Source: Microbotryum violaceum
Taxonomy: Eukaryota
DNA: 64,000 nucleotides
Assembly (NCBI GenBank): GCA_001244265.2
Contig: CDLV01000005.1
Coordinates: forward strand, 2,604,001 to 2,668,000
Direction: 5' to 3'
Shown here: positions 61,146 to 64,000 of the stretch, one piece after another
Numbering within the stretch: position 1 is the stretch's first letter
Layout: every line of letters starts with the position of its first letter
Translations under genes and position numbers: made by a program
Notes under the pieces: generated by a model
Database searches by the model: none
Seen by the model: only the letters and a program-made list of their open reading frames with translations
Told to the model about the DNA's origin: nothing

Positions 61146-61537
61146 GACCACCATAACATGTCATATATCATATACCCATATTGTATACGGGCCTTTGCCT
61201 CGCTGGGATTAGGACTGATGCCCCCATTTCTCAGCACTAAACCTGAAGAGGCCCGAAGCCACTCCTGTCTACCGGGTTCCCACGTGCACGCGCGCGCATG
61301 GACCAACCTTTTCTTGTCTCGCCGAGAAGCGCCGGCGAAAGTCGAGTCATACCGCCCGCGTCCATTTCCGAGCTCGGATGCTCTCTCGCAAGAAAGGGAA
61401 TGACTCGGTTTTATGGACATTGCAACGAGGTTGTCGACTTCCGGTTTCAAAGTTGTGTTGCTTTCACTCTTTTGATCTTCATCCACTCAACTACACCAAC
61501 CCAAATACAATCCTACAAGAGCCTCTCTCAACCCAAA

Positions 61538-61964
61538 ATGCCTGCCGTCCTATTTGACGGAGCAATGCCCCTCAACGCCGGATCCTCTCCTACGGCCCCT
61601 CTCGACGTCTCCACTACACCGAAGACTTCGGCCACCCTTTCAACACATTCATCCCCCGTCCATATCTCGGAACATACGAGAAAGATCATCACCGCCGTTT
61701 TAGCATCGACGTTGCTGGTGATGCTCTTGGCTGTCGTGGGGACGGTCGTTTATCAGCGATTCTGGAAGCAGAGGGTTTCGGCGAAGCGAGATGCGTGTGC
61801 CGAAGTTTTAAACTATTGACTGAGATCCGTCTCCTGACCTCATACTTTCGATCCTTCTACAGAAGCAACACAACAATAAACGCCTACAACTCAAGCAGTC
61901 CTTCCTTATTCCCACGCTAGCGCCCAATCAAGTCAAGACACATTGGCGGTGCCCCCTTCGTTAA
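61538..61964 (+). CDS. Small single-pass membrane protein, hypothetical
   Basis: S/T-rich N-terminus, TM IITAVLASTLLVMLLAVVGTVVY, basic stop-transfer. A probable intron ends CTACAG at ~61862. The 3' end is uncertain. Confidence 0.55.
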
Positions 61965-62250
61965 AAGATGGCAAGAGGTGGGAGGCGCCGATGGTCGAGA
62001 ATGGGGTCTGAGCATCATCGGAGGTTCAGAGCGATAGTGTAGATTCGTTTTATTCGGGCGCCTTATGTCACTTCATCCTTTCGCATCTTAGATCTTGATT
62101 ACTGTACTTCACCATAGAAAAGAGTGGGTTTCTCCCTTCTGAACTCCAGGCGACGAGACGAGATTTGCAAAAGTCCCCTAAGCGTCCGTCATTGCACACA
62201 GCACAACACTACGAGTACTCCATTCTATTTTCTTGTTCACGTCACCCCCT

Positions 62251-64000
62251 TCAGGCCTCCACACTATGATCCCTCGTCCGCGTCCTTCCCCGACCCACAG
62301 GGGTCCTACCCCTCCCTTCCTCCTCCCCCTCCTCCCCCTCCCCCCCCATCGTCGCACCATAAGTTGGCGGTACCTCCCCGGAAGGCATCTCCTCCCCCGC
62401 CACTAATCGAGCAAACAATGCATTCGTCTGTTCCAATTCGCTTGCTGGAATCGAAGGATGAGGTGATTCAGATCGATGAGGATACGGCGACGCAGCGGCT
62501 GCTACAGCAGCAGCCGCGACGATCGCGGCGGTCCGGACGCGAGATCGGGATCGATCTGTCCTTGTTGTCGATGGCGATCGTCGACCGTTCGAGGAAATAG
62601 GTCCTCCAATCGTCGAAGGGGGTGAATGCACCTCACAAGGTTGGATCGTACCCCCCACCACGGGCCCTCCGTTCTGGCCCCTCGTCCCTCCACCCGAGGC
62701 AGCTGAATAAGCAGGAAGAGCGTTCTGTGCGCATTGACACGCCAAGATGTGGATGGGCGATTCGATAATTACGTCCCAGAGTTTCCGATTCCCTTTCGAA
62801 TCGAGGTAGTCGTCGTCGCCGCGTTCGACGCGGAGCATGACTTTGATGATGTGGCTTGTCGCGATGCTGGATTGATCGTGGTGGGTCGAGAAGGCGATCT
62901 TGGAGGCGCAGGTAGGGAGTTGGAGATAGGACTCGATGTGCCAGGGTCCGAGTGGGTCTAACAAGGCAGGGGTCGTGTCGTCCGAGGTGTCGGGGTTGAT
63001 GAAAAAGTCCGCCAAAGGGTGATCGGTAATAGCCTTTGGGTCGTCGGACAAGATCGGCAAGAGAGGCTCCTTCGGATCCTTGTGCTCGATCCGCAGGAGG
63101 GGGAACTTTTTCGGTGTTTCGTGTCGAGTCAATTTGCGGCCTGTTTGGCAGGAGCAGCAAGCTTGGTCAGCACATCACTTCAGCGACAAGTAGAACAGAC
63201 CCGCACCCACCCGATGCAAAGTAGTCGGTTTTTTGCTCCAATACGGCGGTGATGCGATACACCTTGATCTTCGCCATTGGGTCGAGCCTAATCGAAACGG
63301 GGATCTGACTCCCAATCGCAAAGCTCTGCGAAACCCCACCAATATATGGATCAGCCTTGCTCCAGTGCATCGACGACCCAAACTCCTGAAGAAAGGGTCT
63401 TACCTTCCCACTGAGTGCGACGTTATACTTCATTTGCGTCTCCCAAAACCTCTCCACAACAATGCTCTCATTCTCCTCCATATCATCCTGACTCGGAGCT
63501 GAAACGAGCACAATCTCCGTCGAAGTTGTCAAATTCGACGTCAACGCACCTGCTCGATGAACGGTCGCTTTGAGCACATAGGTGACATGGCCGAAACTAG
63601 CCGAGATCGTAGGGGGTAACCTAACGGGGATCGCGATCGAAATGGGGTAGGTATAAGTCCCTGCGCGGAACTCTTTCCATCCTGTAGCTTGGACCTCGTC
63701 ATCGCTGTTGTCATTATCCCCTTCGACGCCGCCATCGCCCTCATGGAAGCCTCCTCCTCCTCCGGCGGTGAGAGCTGCGCGAAGGATTTTTAACGCCGTC
63801 TTTCGACCTCGACTTTGATCCCGCGTGATGATCCCCGTCGCGGGTTGGCTTGAATCGGAACTTGTTTCACGTCTTGACGATGACAAGGACTGTCCACGCA
63901 CGCCCATTTCATTGCGGACATTGCTGGAATCTTGAACCCTCGAGGTACTCTTCCCTCGTAGAGCCTCGCCGATCCCAGCGAGACTGAACCTTCCCCCACG
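62251..64000 (-). CDS. Alpha-arrestin (ART, Rsp5 adaptor; CreD/Aly-like), 5' end outside window
   Basis: WKEFRAGTYTYPISIAIPVRLPPTI..GHVTYVLKATVHRAG; IVVERFWETQM; LEQKTDYFA; HIIKVMLRVERG; LPAY and VPPTY PY motifs. Confidence 0.88.

Noticed and set aside
1..64000. tRNA, rRNA, snRNA or riboswitch genes
   Set aside because: None recognisable by eye; tRNAscan-SE/Infernal would be needed to exclude them.

Overview
Intron-rich, gene-dense eukaryotic DNA with GT(G/C/A)AG/GTGCG donors, CTGAC/CTAAC branch points and introns mostly ~50-130 nt, a few up to ~275 nt. It is most likely from a basidiomycete yeast (Pucciniomycotina/Microbotryomycetes-like; inferred). I can reconstruct about 20 spliced genes by hand. 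They are: an HSF-type transcription factor, two DOMON(CDH-cytochrome)+cytochrome b561 proteins, an ASNSD1-like protein, LCMT1/PPM1, CMC2 (absent from the ORF track), a large Pro-rich protein, COG2, two tandem PY-motif single-pass membrane proteins, a DUF952 protein, a hypothetical membrane protein, a head-to-head acid lipase / wax-synthase-type MBOAT pair, a BRCT protein, a DHA1 MFS transporter, a NOL8-like RRM protein, MET1, a small TM protein and a partial alpha-arrestin. There is also a b561-only pseudogene. Mobile DNA: a deleted Helitron with a textbook 3' hairpin+CTGG, a 510-bp TA-flanked MITE, a ~1.2-kb TIR element, Helitron-like 5' ends, and a 69-bp sequence present as inverted copies 40.5 kb apart. 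The most unusual observations are (1) an inverted ~120-bp copy of the HSF recognition-helix exon/intron junction just 3' of the same gene, (2) a start codon that exists only after splicing, made by any of three tandem donors, and (3) a saw-tooth C-rich/G-rich strand asymmetry running through coding sequence. I cannot demonstrate a wholly new system. All gene models and identities come from hand reading, with no database searches.
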